A stretch of 53,393 bases of DNA from Candidatus Asgardarchaeum abyssi (GCA_040225955.1 JBECUL010000011.1:1-53393), one strand, 5' to 3'; numbered from the stretch's first letter, positions 1 through 10,589 are shown. Made by a program: numbers and translations. Notes: generated by a model from the sequence alone, not told the origin.

Positions 1-1
1 T

Positions 2-145
2 ACTGTGTTGTGGGGGATGATAACGACGGGTAGTGATTTCGATATGGATCATGAGGCAAAGCGGCTCTACGAACGTAAGCTCAAAAGATTTAATTCGATG
101 GCCGAGACTGGTAGGAGGGTGTTAACGGAGAGGCATAAAAAATAA
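2..145 (+). mobile_element. 3' end of probable IS110-family transposase, truncated by the window edge
   Basis: Frame from nt 2 reads TVLWGMITTGSDFDMDHEAKRLYERKLKRFNSMAETGRRVLTERHKK*, resembling IS110 C-termini (..lW.M..G..f..LYERKL). GC is higher than the flanking DNA. It is followed by TTTTTCATAG at ~182-191, an end-like motif I associate with archaeal IS110 elements. Confidence 0.55.
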
Positions 146-232
146 AAGGAAGTAACGAGTACGAAGCATAGAGCGACGAAGTTTTTCATAGAAATAATAA
201 TGGAATATATGATGATTAAAGATTTCGTATGA

Positions 233-1159
233 TCACTCTTCATCAGGAATGTACTCTAGCGCAATTCCCCGAATCTCATCAAGTGAGGAATATCCATGAG
301 CTTCCATCCACTTTTTCACTTCATCTATTATCTGTCGATAAATTTTTGGTCCGTATAAGATTGCTGCAGTGCATACTTCAACTGCTGTGGCCCCAGCCAT
401 TATATACTCAATAACATCCTCACCAGTAGTTATACCACCAACGCCTATTACTGGCTTCTTGACAACTTTAGCTATATCTGCAACGAATCGAACACCAAGC
501 GGCTTAATAGCAGGACCGCTTAGCCATCCATAGACCGCCCCAAGTACAGGTTTACCACGTTCTATGTCGATCTTTAAGGTTGGACCTAACGTATTTATAG
601 CTACAAATCCATCAACATATGGCTCTAAAGCTTTTGCAAATTTTCTAGGCTCCTTTGTATGTGGAGACATTTTCATAAAAATAGGCAACTTTGTGCTTTC
701 ACGAAGAGCCTGAGCTATTTCGATGATAGGTTTTGGGTCATACTCAACATAATGAGTTGAGAATTCTATTCCGTCAGCACCTGTCTTTTCAATAAGTGGA
801 GCCAACTTTCTCATATCATCGGCATGATATCCTACACTTACGATTACTGGAAGTCCGGTAGTTTTTGCTTTTTGAATACCCCCGTTTATCCAGTATTCAT
901 ATGGTTTTTCATCCCACAATTCACAATTTAATAGACCATAAGATACCTTGCCATCAACTTTCATCTTAAGTGCATAAATTGAAGGCTTTTTCACCTTTGC
1001 AGGCTTGACACTTATAGTTTTTGTTACGAGTCCGCCTACACCATTCTCTGCTGCTTTAATGAGTATCTCAGCAGTCCCACTAGTTGGATCTGAAACTCCA
1101 TTTAATACTGGATTTCTTAATTTAATTCCAGCTAAATTTACCTCTAAATTAACAACCAT
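233..1159 (-). CDS. Dihydroorotate/dihydropyrimidine dehydrogenase family FMN protein (PyrD/PreA-like, atypical active site)
   Basis: LAGIKLRNP, GGLVTKTI, FMKMSP, AINT, GWLSGPAIKP, GVGGITTGEDVIEYIMAGATAVEVCTA motifs. Confidence 0.85.
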   Translation of the reverse strand: MVVNLEVNLAGIKLRNPVLNGVSDPTSGTAEILIKAAENGVGGLVTKTISVKPAKVKKPSIYALKMKVDGKVSYGLLNCELWDEKPYEYWINGGIQKAKTTGLPVIVSVGYHADDMRKLAPLIEKTGADGIEFSTHYVEYDPKPIIEIAQALRESTKLPIFMKMSPHTKEPRKFAKALEPYVDGFVAINTLGPTLKIDIERGKPVLGAVYGWLSGPAIKPLGVRFVADIAKVVKKPVIGVGGITTGEDVIEYIMAGATAVEVCTAAILYGPKIYRQIIDEVKKWMEAHGYSSLDEIRGIALEYIPDEE

Positions 1160-1290
1160 AGAATCACCTCTCTACAAAAAATACTACTAAGTTGTTTATA
1201 TTTACTACTGGTGTTTTAAAGAAAGAAACTTTTAATATATTTATATTCTAAGCAAAATATAACACATCTATTAAAATGTGAGGGAAAGAA

Positions 1291-1587
1291 ATGGTAACTA
1301 AGGAAGAAATTATGAATGCTCTTAGAAGTGTAATTGACTGGGAAATTGGCGTTGACATTGTTTCACTAGGGTTAATATATGATGTTCAAGTAAAGGATGA
1401 TAATAATGTTAAAGTTGTTATGACTTTAACAACGCCGGGATGTCCACTACAGGCAAGTCTTATGGAGCAAGTAAGAGCTGCCGTTAGAAGTTTAGGTGTA
1501 AAAAACGTTGAGGTTGAATTAACGTTTGATCCTCCATGGAGCCCAGAAAGAATGGATCCAGAAGTACGAAAAATGTTTGGTTTATAG
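1291..1587 (+). CDS. Metal-sulfur cluster assembly factor (DUF59/SufT/PaaD family)
   Basis: VIDWEIGVDIVSLGLIY, MTLTTPGCP, TFDPPWSPERM. Confidence 0.92.
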   Translation: MVTKEEIMNALRSVIDWEIGVDIVSLGLIYDVQVKDDNNVKVVMTLTTPGCPLQASLMEQVRAAVRSLGVKNVEVELTFDPPWSPERMDPEVRKMFGL

Positions 1588-1609
1588 CTTAATTCAATAA
1601 ACAGTATTT

Positions 1610-2566
1610 TCAAAATATTGATATTTTTGTTTCCTTATTACTTATGTTAGTAAGTTTTAGTGACAAAATACTGTAGTAGTTATCAACATCTACCAAAATC
1701 TCTTTTTTCGCAATTTCTCTCCTATAGGGTTCTAAAAACAAATTTGGCATACCTAAATATTCTGCCGCGGTAAATATTATTTTATTTTTTATACGAGCAA
1801 GTTCATAAAAATCGGATATTTTCGTCTTATACTCAGAATCTCTAAGAATATGATGATCAAGAATTATGACCTTGGTGTTTATCTTTTCTATAAGTAATTT
1901 CATATTCCTCATACCGATGTTAAACTCCTCACGAGATAACTTTGATCCGACTAAATAAGTGGGATAGCCATCTATAATTAGAAAATCGGGATTTTGATTC
2001 ATAACCCATCTAAGAGCTTGCTCGTCGGCAAGTCCCTGAGCATCACTTGCATGAATAAAGGAGAAATTTGTTTCATCAGCAATCTTTATCATTATTACAC
2101 GTCCAACTTTACTTCCTTCTGCACCATGCCAAACTGGTGGTGAAAAAGTTAGATTTTCAAATGATGTATTATCAGCCCAATGAACTTCTTCAGCTAATTC
2201 TCTTACAATTTTTTCAAATATCCTCCCACGACGCGCGCCTGAGGGATGGATATTATTATAAGGATCCTTTGCGAAAACTATTTTACCTGTAAATACGTTT
2301 TCATAAAGCTCCGTGTCTTTGGGCCTTGGAAAATGATCATAGTGATAGTGGGATATGAAAATTATGTCACACTTTTTGCTTAGGTTTATTATATTTTTTC
2401 TGCAATACTCCATTGCTCTAATTTCAATTTCTGTTGGCCTTATTCCAAATCTTCTTGGTGCTAGTGCTACGCTTGGATCTATAAAAATGCGATGCTCGTC
2501 CGTTTCCACAATAGTTGCCATACTACGAACTCCGTAGGAGTCAAAAGCTATAGGAATTATCTTCAT
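1610..2566 (-). CDS. UPF0282 family metallo-beta-lactamase-fold hydrolase
   Basis: DSYGVRSMAT, IDPSVALAPRRF, SHYHYDH, HASDAQG, ILDHHILRD. Confidence 0.85.
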   Translation of the reverse strand: MKIIPIAFDSYGVRSMATIVETDEHRIFIDPSVALAPRRFGIRPTEIEIRAMEYCRKNIINLSKKCDIIFISHYHYDHFPRPKDTELYENVFTGKIVFAKDPYNNIHPSGARRGRIFEKIVRELAEEVHWADNTSFENLTFSPPVWHGAEGSKVGRVIMIKIADETNFSFIHASDAQGLADEQALRWVMNQNPDFLIIDGYPTYLVGSKLSREEFNIGMRNMKLLIEKINTKVIILDHHILRDSEYKTKISDFYELARIKNKIIFTAAEYLGMPNLFLEPYRREIAKKEILVDVDNYYSILSLKLTNISNKETKISIF

Positions 2567-3065
2567 TTTTCTTACCTAACATCAGTCTTTCTTTAGTCCA
2601 AAGATTGTTAAAAATCCTTCTCAATTCATCATATTCTTTTTTAGTAGGACGACTTCTAATGAATCTTTCTCTTAATGGATGTTCCTCATCAGTGGGCATG
2701 TCAAGAATTACTTTCCTTATTCCGCCTCTTGGAGAGTTACAATCATTCATATACCTAGGGATTACATGTATATGAAAATGTTCTATTGTTTGCCCTGCTT
2801 GTTCACCTTGATTAAAACCAACATTAAAACCAGCAGGATTATAATAATCCTTTAAAGCTTTTATTACCGTCTTTACTGCTCTACAAAGACACAGAATTTC
2901 ATTTTCTGTTAAATCTAAAAATGATTTAACGTGTCGAGTTGGCATCACTAAAATGTGGCCTTTATTGACTGGAAATAAATCAAACAATACGTAGATTCTT
3001 TCATCTTTATAGATGATTCTTTCTTCTTCTACCTCTCCTTCACAGAATGGACATTTACCAGTCAC
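2541..3065 (-). CDS. HIT family nucleotide hydrolase
   Basis: CPFC, PVNKGHILV, AGQTIEHFHIHVIPR histidine triad. Confidence 0.92.
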   Translation of the reverse strand: MTGKCPFCEGEVEEERIIYKDERIYVLFDLFPVNKGHILVMPTRHVKSFLDLTENEILCLCRAVKTVIKALKDYYNPAGFNVGFNQGEQAGQTIEHFHIHVIPRYMNDCNSPRGGIRKVILDMPTDEEHPLRERFIRSRPTKKEYDELRRIFNNLWTKERLMLGKKNEDNSYSF

Positions 3066-3067
3066 TA

Positions 3068-4228
3068 TTAGACCACCTTAATCATTCTCCATGTTCTATA
3101 GTCTATTAGCACTTTAATATATCCTTTAAGATAGTTATCAACCTCTTTATCACCGGTATCAACTTTTAGTGAACCATCAGGAAGTTCTCTGATTTTTCTT
3201 TGCGTTGCAATAACTATAATTTTTTCTTTGCCGACACGTCGTATCACTTCAGGGCTTATTTGTTGATTTCCTCTTCCAAATATTACACCTTGCTTTCCGA
3301 TAGGAGACACAATAATCCAAGCCTTACTAAAATCTTTTATAATTTCTAATATTTGTCGCTCATTAACATCCTTGTACACTTTCCCTTTATGATAAATATC
3401 CACCCCGAGAAGTGTTTTTTCAACTCCTAATTCGTCAGCTACCATTTTCACAGTCGTTCCAGGACATAGGATGTAATAGCCTTCAGGATCCATAATTTCT
3501 ACAACATATCTGGCAATTGCTCGTTGATTTTCTGTTTCGTCCACAGTTTCAGGAGTTGGTTCTTTACTATGTTGAATCATCATTGGAACATACAATGCTT
3601 TAGCATAGCCATATAGTTTAATTTCAAGGCGGTTATTTCTGAAGGCTTCTTCATCTATATCCATGACTTCAAGGTCCATAACTCGTGCTTGACCTTTAAT
3701 AAAGGCAAGCACAACCTCTGCAGCCTCTTCTGGACTGTAAGCAAATACAGCACTATACATTTTCACTCCAGAAGGGACACCTAATATAGGAGTAGAGGCA
3801 TTTATTTCTTTTAAGGCATCCATTACATCTCGCGCTGTTCCATCTCCACCCACAAAAATTACTAAATCCACGTTATTATCGTTAACAAAAGTTTTCACAG
3901 CATTTTTCGTATCTTCTGCTGTTGTTTCATCACCAATATTGAGCGGTATTATTTTAGAATTTATGCTAATATTAGCCTTAGTAAGTTCATATTCACCCAT
4001 CATTTTGGGAACACTTATTATTTCAATATTTACGTTTTCTTCTTGTTGGTATAAAGAATCTAATGATTTTAAAAACTCTACAGCACGTTGCGGCGATACT
4101 GGCTTAGCACCAAGCTCTAAAGCTTTTTTATATACACCATCAGTACCTTTTAAACCGACTCGACCACCCATCCCAGCGATGGGATTTACGACAAAACCAA
4201 GTTTTAGGCTTTTTGTGTTTTTGCTCAT
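3068..4228 (-). CDS. ATP-NAD kinase family protein
   Basis: VNPIAGMGGRVGLKGTDG, GGDGTARD, GVKMYSAVFA, GRGNQQ. Start placed at the ATG at 4228, downstream of an AGGTGA SD. Confidence 0.85.
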   Translation of the reverse strand: MSKNTKSLKLGFVVNPIAGMGGRVGLKGTDGVYKKALELGAKPVSPQRAVEFLKSLDSLYQQEENVNIEIISVPKMMGEYELTKANISINSKIIPLNIGDETTAEDTKNAVKTFVNDNNVDLVIFVGGDGTARDVMDALKEINASTPILGVPSGVKMYSAVFAYSPEEAAEVVLAFIKGQARVMDLEVMDIDEEAFRNNRLEIKLYGYAKALYVPMMIQHSKEPTPETVDETENQRAIARYVVEIMDPEGYYILCPGTTVKMVADELGVEKTLLGVDIYHKGKVYKDVNERQILEIIKDFSKAWIIVSPIGKQGVIFGRGNQQISPEVIRRVGKEKIIVIATQRKIRELPDGSLKVDTGDKEVDNYLKGYIKVLIDYRTWRMIKVV

Positions 4229-4408
4229 GGCATTCACCTTTTAGTATTATACTTTAATTGTGTATTTTAAATTAACAAATATAACTTTAATCTATTTCTA
4301 CTTTAATTCTTTATCCTATTTCGTTTAACACCTTTATGAAATTGTATCTCATTATTAAGATAAATCATTTAGAAATAAAACAAATATAGTAAATTTGAGA
4401 ATAGGGTA

Positions 4409-5614
4409 ATGATGAAAATGTTTTGGAGATATATTATAGATTTAGGTAAGCTTTCTTCAGAGAAAGTATGTAAGATTTGTGGAAAGAAATCAAAGTATAT
4501 TTCAGAAAGCCTTGGTATATGTAAAGAATGTATAATAAATAATAGCAACGCAGAAAAATATATTTACCGTGCTCACAGTAGAGCAAGATCCAAATTTAGG
4601 CTACCATACCCTCCTCCGAAAAGCGATTCACCTAATCCTGTTACATGTAATATTTGTGAGAATAGATGCAAAATGGGTATAGGAGAAAAAGGATTCTGTG
4701 GGCTTAGGTCTAATATAGATGGAAAATTGCACTCCATTATAAGCGCGAACGTTTCATTAATGTATCCTTATTTGGATCCTCATATAACAAATTGTGTTGC
4801 TAGCTGGTTCTGTCCAGCGTCTACTGGATTGGGCTATCCTGATTATGCTTATAAGGATGGCCCTGAATATGGATATTATAATTTAGCTGTATTCTTTTAT
4901 GGATGCAATTTTGATTGTTTATTTTGCCAAAACTGGACTCATAAATCTCTTAACGAAGCAAAAAAAGTAACAATAGACGAATTTATAGATATTATTAGAA
5001 AAAATCATAAGATATCTTGCATATGTTATTTTGGCGGATCACCAGAACCTCATCTTCCTTTCGCAATCAAAGCTTCTGAATTAGTTTTAAAAGAGTTCCC
5101 AGACAGAATTATTAGAATTTGCTTTGAATGGAATGGATCGGGGAATATACACCTTGTCGATAAAGCTGGAGAACTTGCCCTTAAAAGTGGAGGTATTATA
5201 AAGTTCGACTTAAAAGCATTTGATGAAAGATTACATATTGCACTTACAGGAGTTTCAAATAAGGCTTCGTTGCGCAACTTTGAGTATTTAGCAAAGAAAT
5301 ATTATGATAAACGACCAGAGATACCAATAGTTACAGCATCTACATTATTGGTTCCCGGGTATGTGGATGAAAATGAAGTCGAAAAAATAGCTAAATTTAT
5401 ATCAAATATTAATCCGGACATTCCCTACTCCTTACTCATTTTTCATCCAGATTTCATTATGAATGATCTACCGATTACACCAATTGAAAGTGTTATTAGA
5501 GCATATAAAATAAGTAAAGAATACTTAACTCGAGTACATGTTGGAAATATACACTTAATTGGTTTCCATAGATATGAAGATTTTGAAAGATATGCGAGCA
5601 CCTTTAAATCATAA
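4409..5614 (+). CDS. Radical SAM protein (PFL-activating-enzyme-like) with N-terminal Cys clusters
   Basis: GCNFDCLFCQN (CxxxCxxC), FGGSPEP, KFDLKA; N-terminal CxxC..CxxC and CxxCxxxC. Exact start uncertain. Confidence 0.85.
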   Translation: MMKMFWRYIIDLGKLSSEKVCKICGKKSKYISESLGICKECIINNSNAEKYIYRAHSRARSKFRLPYPPPKSDSPNPVTCNICENRCKMGIGEKGFCGLRSNIDGKLHSIISANVSLMYPYLDPHITNCVASWFCPASTGLGYPDYAYKDGPEYGYYNLAVFFYGCNFDCLFCQNWTHKSLNEAKKVTIDEFIDIIRKNHKISCICYFGGSPEPHLPFAIKASELVLKEFPDRIIRICFEWNGSGNIHLVDKAGELALKSGGIIKFDLKAFDERLHIALTGVSNKASLRNFEYLAKKYYDKRPEIPIVTASTLLVPGYVDENEVEKIAKFISNINPDIPYSLLIFHPDFIMNDLPITPIESVIRAYKISKEYLTRVHVGNIHLIGFHRYEDFERYASTFKS

Positions 5615-7604
5615 CACTTAATAAAACATATACAAGAAACGCCACTAAATATGCTGTTATAATAGATAGGGCCACAGCAAATGTTGTAATCAGCCAAGAA
5701 TTGCTTTCCTTTTTTATTGTAGCAACTGTAGCAAGACATGGAACATAATATGTGTAAAAGATGATGAAAGCTATTGCTTTTGGAAGGTCAAAATAAAGAG
5801 GCAATGATTCTAACCCACCATAAAGAGCTTGAAGTACTGCTAGCGTATTTTCCTTAGCAAGAAATCCAAGAATTAGAGCCAATACTGCTCGCCAATCTAA
5901 TCCCAAGGGCATAGCTATTGGTTGTAAAAGGATACCTATTCTACCCAACAACGATTCCTCTAAAGGTGCACCTGGGGGGATATTAATTCCTGCCCAGATA
6001 AGAAGGGTCCCTATAAATATTAATACACCCGCCCTGTATAAAAACATCTTTGTTCTTATCCATGAGATATTAAATACACTTTTTAGTGGAGGAAAGCGAT
6101 ATGGTGGAAGCTCTATAACGAAACTAGAGGCTTCTACTTTTAAGTAGTGAGATAAAATTTTACTCTCGATGAATATTATAAAAAATGAGTTGATTAATAT
6201 CAGAAATATAGCTATTGATGATGTTAACGGATCTGGAATAAATACACCAATTAATATAGCCATGACACCTATTCTAGCAGAACAAGGCACAAACGAGTTC
6301 ATAATATATAAGATTGCTTTTATTTTTTTATCTTCAATTATTCTTATGCTTTGAATACCCACAACATTGCATCCGAGGCTTAATGTTATTGGAAAGAAAG
6401 ACTTTCCAGAGAATCCAAAATATCTTAAAATTTTATCCATTGAAAAAGCTAATCTTGCCATTAATCCAGAATTCTCCAAAATTGTGAATGCAAAGTAAAA
6501 CAGTAGTATATAAGGAATAAATGAGACTAACGTTGCCGTTGCTCCTATTAATCCACTATCGGATACTATGAATGATATTATAATTGGGTTGATATTTAAT
6601 CCAACTAAATAACTTTCAGCTGATTCTGTTAATAAACTAAATAATAAATCAATATATTCAACAAAGAAGTCGCCAATAAAGAAAACAACCCAGAACAGTA
6701 CTATAAAAGTAATAGCTGTAGTCACAAATTGAAAAATAGGATGCAAAACAATAGTGTCTATTTTTTCAGTTAATGCGTTGGTTAGCGTCTTTTTACTTAC
6801 ATATTTCTCTATTAGTTCATCAACAATCTTATATCGCTCGTTTATTATCAGCAAGGGGGGATCTTTTTTAAAAAATTCATGTATTCTGTCATGAATTTCC
6901 CTAGCCTTAACGATCGCTTCAGGGATCTTAAGCGTAAGAAGGTCTACTATATATCGATCTCTTTCCAAAAGCCTGATTGCAACCCATCTAGGTGGATATT
7001 CCTTAATTTTCCCATCTATTATTAATTCAAGTTCACTTAGGAGCCTTTCCAGCTCTAGATCATACTTTATTTGATATGCTTTAAATTTCCCTTGTGCCAC
7101 ACTCAGTATCGCATTAAGAAGATCATCGATTCCTTCCTTATATAAAGCACTTATAGGGACAAATGGTATATTAAGAGCTTTAGATAAGCCTCTGAAGTCT
7201 ATTTTTAATCCAGCATTTCGAGCTTCATCGATCATATTTACTGCAACTACAACATTATTAGTTAACTCTAAGACTTGAATTACGAGATACATATTGCGGG
7301 ATAATGTCGTTGCCGATGTTACAACAACTACTACATCGGGTTTTTCCTTAACTATAAAATCGCGAGCAACTATTTCCTCATCTGTAAATCCAGAAAGACT
7401 GTAGGTTCCTGGCAAGTCAACAAGCTCAAATTCAATATTTTTATAAGTAATCTTTCCAAAAGCTAACTCGACGGTTTTCCCTGGCCAATTCCCGATATGT
7501 TGATGTGCACCAGTTAATGCATTAAATAGTGTAGACTTGCCTACATTAGGATTTCCAGCAAAAGCCACTCTAATTTTTTCTTTCTTATTATACTTTTTTT
7601 CCAT
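5604..7604 (-). CDS. feoB: Ferrous iron transport protein B
   Basis: GNPNVGKS, GNWPGKTVE, DLPGTYSL, NMID, polytopic C-terminal half with GCNV and PCSAR. Confidence 0.96.
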   Translation of the reverse strand: MEKKYNKKEKIRVAFAGNPNVGKSTLFNALTGAHQHIGNWPGKTVELAFGKITYKNIEFELVDLPGTYSLSGFTDEEIVARDFIVKEKPDVVVVVTSATTLSRNMYLVIQVLELTNNVVVAVNMIDEARNAGLKIDFRGLSKALNIPFVPISALYKEGIDDLLNAILSVAQGKFKAYQIKYDLELERLLSELELIIDGKIKEYPPRWVAIRLLERDRYIVDLLTLKIPEAIVKAREIHDRIHEFFKKDPPLLIINERYKIVDELIEKYVSKKTLTNALTEKIDTIVLHPIFQFVTTAITFIVLFWVVFFIGDFFVEYIDLLFSLLTESAESYLVGLNINPIIISFIVSDSGLIGATATLVSFIPYILLFYFAFTILENSGLMARLAFSMDKILRYFGFSGKSFFPITLSLGCNVVGIQSIRIIEDKKIKAILYIMNSFVPCSARIGVMAILIGVFIPDPLTSSIAIFLILINSFFIIFIESKILSHYLKVEASSFVIELPPYRFPPLKSVFNISWIRTKMFLYRAGVLIFIGTLLIWAGINIPPGAPLEESLLGRIGILLQPIAMPLGLDWRAVLALILGFLAKENTLAVLQALYGGLESLPLYFDLPKAIAFIIFYTYYVPCLATVATIKKESNSWLITTFAVALSIITAYLVAFLVYVLLSVMI

Positions 7605-7625
7605 ATTTTGACACCTTATTATCTC

Positions 7626-7910
7626 TCATTTTATAATTCTCTTCACGAATATATTAGAGGAAACTCTAGGATTGAGACCGAATCGTGTTCCCATGACTTC
7701 AACAACCACATATCCAAACTGATTAAGAATTACTTTTACTCTATTACCAGGCATTATTCCAAGTTCTGACATCCTCATAAAAAGACCAGGAGGAAGATTC
7801 ACATACTTTATTTCTACTAAAGAATTCGGTGGAATTAATGATAATGGAATTACATCGGGCATCGGAGGCAGCGGTAGTGGTGTTCTATGTCCGCGTCTTC
7901 GCCGTGGCAT
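7626..7910 (-). CDS. feoA: Ferrous iron transport protein A
   Basis: RMSELGIMPGNRVKV..VEVMGTRFGL; directly upstream of feoB; AGGTGA SD. Confidence 0.88.
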   Translation of the reverse strand: MPRRRRGHRTPLPLPPMPDVIPLSLIPPNSLVEIKYVNLPPGLFMRMSELGIMPGNRVKVILNQFGYVVVEVMGTRFGLNPRVSSNIFVKRIIK

Positions 7911-7926
7911 CTCTTTTTCACCTAAA

Positions 7927-7942
7927 TTTAAGTTTGCCTAAA
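7927..7942. promoter_or_regulatory. Putative DtxR-family operator for feoAB
   Basis: Minus strand TTTAGG-CAAA-CTTAAA, an imperfect palindrome lying between a CTTTAAAT TATA-like box (~7966-7959) and the feoA SD. Confidence 0.6.
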
Positions 7943-8015
7943 AATTTTTTTAGATATAATTTAAAGTTTATGTTTGTGAATAAAGCTATTTATTTGTACT
8001 GCTTATAAGAAAGAG

Positions 8016-8059
8016 TGTTAGGGGGCAAAAAATATAAAAATAAATTATGCTCCCTAACA
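8016..8059. repeat. 12-bp inverted repeat with 20-nt AT-rich spacer
   Basis: TGTTAGGGGGCA (8016-8027) and TGCTCCCTAACA (8048-8059), 11/12 complementary. Confidence 0.7.
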
Positions 8060-8180
8060 TCATTACGCTGAGATATGAAGCATATATGGTAAAAAATTCT
8101 AAGCAGAAACATTACTATAGGATATGACCATAATTATATGTAGGACTAATACTAATCTTTTCGGTGATAGGGTGTAAGGT

Positions 8181-9167
8181 ATGAAAGTACTAGAAATTCA
8201 ATATAAGGAGATTACTAATTATTTTAGCAAATTTTTAAAAAGACAGGAAGAAGTTATTTTGGAAGATGGCATTTTTTATTACCAATTTGGCATCCTGGAC
8301 TTAAAAAATCAAGAACTGGTTCCAAACTATGTCTCTCTTAGAGATAATAGTTTACTCCATGCTATTGGCAGAAGAGAAAGCCCATCACCCAATGATATTA
8401 GAGATTCTTTATTAGCATCAAAATGTCTTCCTTTTAAAGGATTGGAGAAATTATTTAAGTTCATTGATCTTTATATGGAGGTTACTGAAAGAGCTCCACT
8501 TGCACTTGGGGTAGATACTAATGTTATTCTTAATGGCTTAATCAATCTAATAAGAGAAAAAGTCAGAGGTTCTGAATGGAAAGGGAGCCTTGAAATTGCA
8601 ATTCCAACCGTTGTTCTTCAAGAAGTAAATCGTTTACTTTTGGAAAAATATCCAGATAAGATAAATGCGCCCCTAAAAAGAAAAGACATCATTAAAAGAT
8701 TGCCATCAAAAATGAGCAGATTAGCTATTATTGGGATTGGAAATATTCAGAAGCTACGTTCTCAAGTTCAAGTTGAAATGATAGGAAGACCCCTATCACC
8801 AAATGTATTTTTATCAAGCTCTGCTGGTAGATATTTTAATGACTTTGTTGTAAGAGAGCAGATTCGTGATTTCGCTAGGAAAACGGGAAAACCAACTATA
8901 CATATTTCTGCTGATAGAGATAGCGTAAACATGGCCAGGGCAGAAGGATTACCAAGTATTTTAATAGAATTACCACCGTATCCTAAAAGAAAAATTGCAA
9001 TTGGTTCAATTTCAGATTTTCTATATTCCCTTGCACTTTTGAGAGGGATCATAGAGATAAGAGATAAGAATCAAAATTTACTTGCAGAAATTAGAACTAT
9101 TTGGCATGGAAAGCATGATCATCAATTTTTTGAGCATATAGTCCAATTACATGTGATAGAAGAGTGA
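8181..9167 (+). CDS. PIN-domain protein
   Basis: LGVDTNVIL, IPTVVLQEV, NDFVVRE, ISADRDSVNMARAEG acidic PIN pattern. Confidence 0.75.
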   Translation: MKVLEIQYKEITNYFSKFLKRQEEVILEDGIFYYQFGILDLKNQELVPNYVSLRDNSLLHAIGRRESPSPNDIRDSLLASKCLPFKGLEKLFKFIDLYMEVTERAPLALGVDTNVILNGLINLIREKVRGSEWKGSLEIAIPTVVLQEVNRLLLEKYPDKINAPLKRKDIIKRLPSKMSRLAIIGIGNIQKLRSQVQVEMIGRPLSPNVFLSSSAGRYFNDFVVREQIRDFARKTGKPTIHISADRDSVNMARAEGLPSILIELPPYPKRKIAIGSISDFLYSLALLRGIIEIRDKNQNLLAEIRTIWHGKHDHQFFEHIVQLHVIEE

Positions 9168-10589
9168 TTACATTATCATTCTAAATCCATCAAATATTCT
9201 ATATGGACGGGCATAGCTTGGAATCTGATATGGAATTTTTGACGATCTCAGTTTCTGAGCTAATGCACTTATGGCGGGCATATCACCATGCACTAAGAAT
9301 ACCATCTTTGGTTTATTTTTCATTTTAAGAACAAAGTTCAACAAGTCACGAGAATCAGCATGCGCACTAAGTCCATCTAGTTTTTCAATTTTTGCTTTAA
9401 CTTCAAGCTCTTTTCCAAATAAGATTATTTTGTCAGCTCCATTAAGGATTTTTCTACCAAGAGTCCCATTAGCTTGATAGCCAGTAAATAATATTGCATT
9501 ATAGGGATTATCAATGGTATGATAGATATGTCTTAATATTCTTCCACCAGTTAGCATGCCAGATGCTGCAATAATAATTGCTGGTTCTGGCTTGCTAATT
9601 ATATTTAAAGACTCACTTTCACTGTCAATATAATTTATCATTTTAAAGCTCAGTGGATTGTTGGGCGAATTAAGGAGATCCCACGTTTCTTTATAGAAAC
9701 ACTCTTTATGCCTCTTAAAGACTTCAGTTGCATAGATTGCCATTGGGCTATCGACATAAATTGGTACCTCAGGTATTCGTCCGTGCGTATAAAGCTGATG
9801 TAATATATAAATTATGGTCTGTGTTCTACCAACAGCAAATGCGGGTATGATAAGTTTTCCTCCACGTTCACCGTGTCTGTAAACCCAAATTACAAGTTTT
9901 TCTAGTTTTTTAATACTTTCCTCTAGCGGTTCATGTATTTTATCACCATAAGTGCTTTCCATAATGAGAAAATCTGTCTGGGTTATTGTATCTGGATCTC
10001 TAATTAATGGCATTCTTGGACGACCTAAATCACCAGTATATGTTAGATGATACTCTCCTCTACGAGAATCTATTCTTAAGTGAATTATTGCAGAACCAAG
10101 AATATGCCCAGCATCAAAGAAAGTTACATACACATCATCAACAACTTTTGTTTCTTTATAGTAATCAACACTAACCATTCTACTTAGGACTTCACGTACA
10201 TCACTACTTGTAAATAGTGGTTGCCTAGGATTTTGTCTTTTTCTCTCAAGAAGTCCATTTTCTCGCCTTGTAGAGTCTTCCTCTATTTCAGCAGCATCTT
10301 CTAATATTAGTGATGCTAAATCTATTGTTGCATTCGTAGCGAATATTTTTCCCTTATAGCCTCTTGAAAGTAAAATTGGTAATCTACCAATATGATCAAT
10401 GTGAGCATGTGATATTATAATAGCATCTATGGTATCTGGCCTAAACCTGAAATCTAAATTCCAACGTCTTTCAAAATCACGACTCCCTTCGAACCTACCA
10501 GCATCCAATAGTAACTTTACATCATCTACTTCAATATAATGCATAGATCCAGTAACAGTACGAGCCGCACCCAAAAATTTTAATAACAA
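9168..10589 (-). CDS. Beta-CASP metallo-beta-lactamase ribonuclease
   Basis: FLGAARTVTGS, SHAHIDHIG, DAGHILGSA, YTGDLG, MESTYG, FAVGRTQ, SAHAD, LVHGD; TTG start. Confidence 0.92.
   Translation of the reverse strand: MLLKFLGAARTVTGSMHYIEVDDVKLLLDAGRFEGSRDFERRWNLDFRFRPDTIDAIIISHAHIDHIGRLPILLSRGYKGKIFATNATIDLASLILEDAAEIEEDSTRRENGLLERKRQNPRQPLFTSSDVREVLSRMVSVDYYKETKVVDDVYVTFFDAGHILGSAIIHLRIDSRRGEYHLTYTGDLGRPRMPLIRDPDTITQTDFLIMESTYGDKIHEPLEESIKKLEKLVIWVYRHGERGGKLIIPAFAVGRTQTIIYILHQLYTHGRIPEVPIYVDSPMAIYATEVFKRHKECFYKETWDLLNSPNNPLSFKMINYIDSESESLNIISKPEPAIIIAASGMLTGGRILRHIYHTIDNPYNAILFTGYQANGTLGRKILNGADKIILFGKELEVKAKIEKLDGLSAHADSRDLLNFVLKMKNKPKMVFLVHGDMPAISALAQKLRSSKIPYQIPSYARPYRIFDGFRMIM

Noticed and set aside
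8181-10589. PIN + beta-CASP pair as a defence or toxin-antitoxin system
   Set aside because: The genes are convergent, with no antitoxin or defence-associated ATPase nearby; beta-CASP RNases are common housekeeping enzymes
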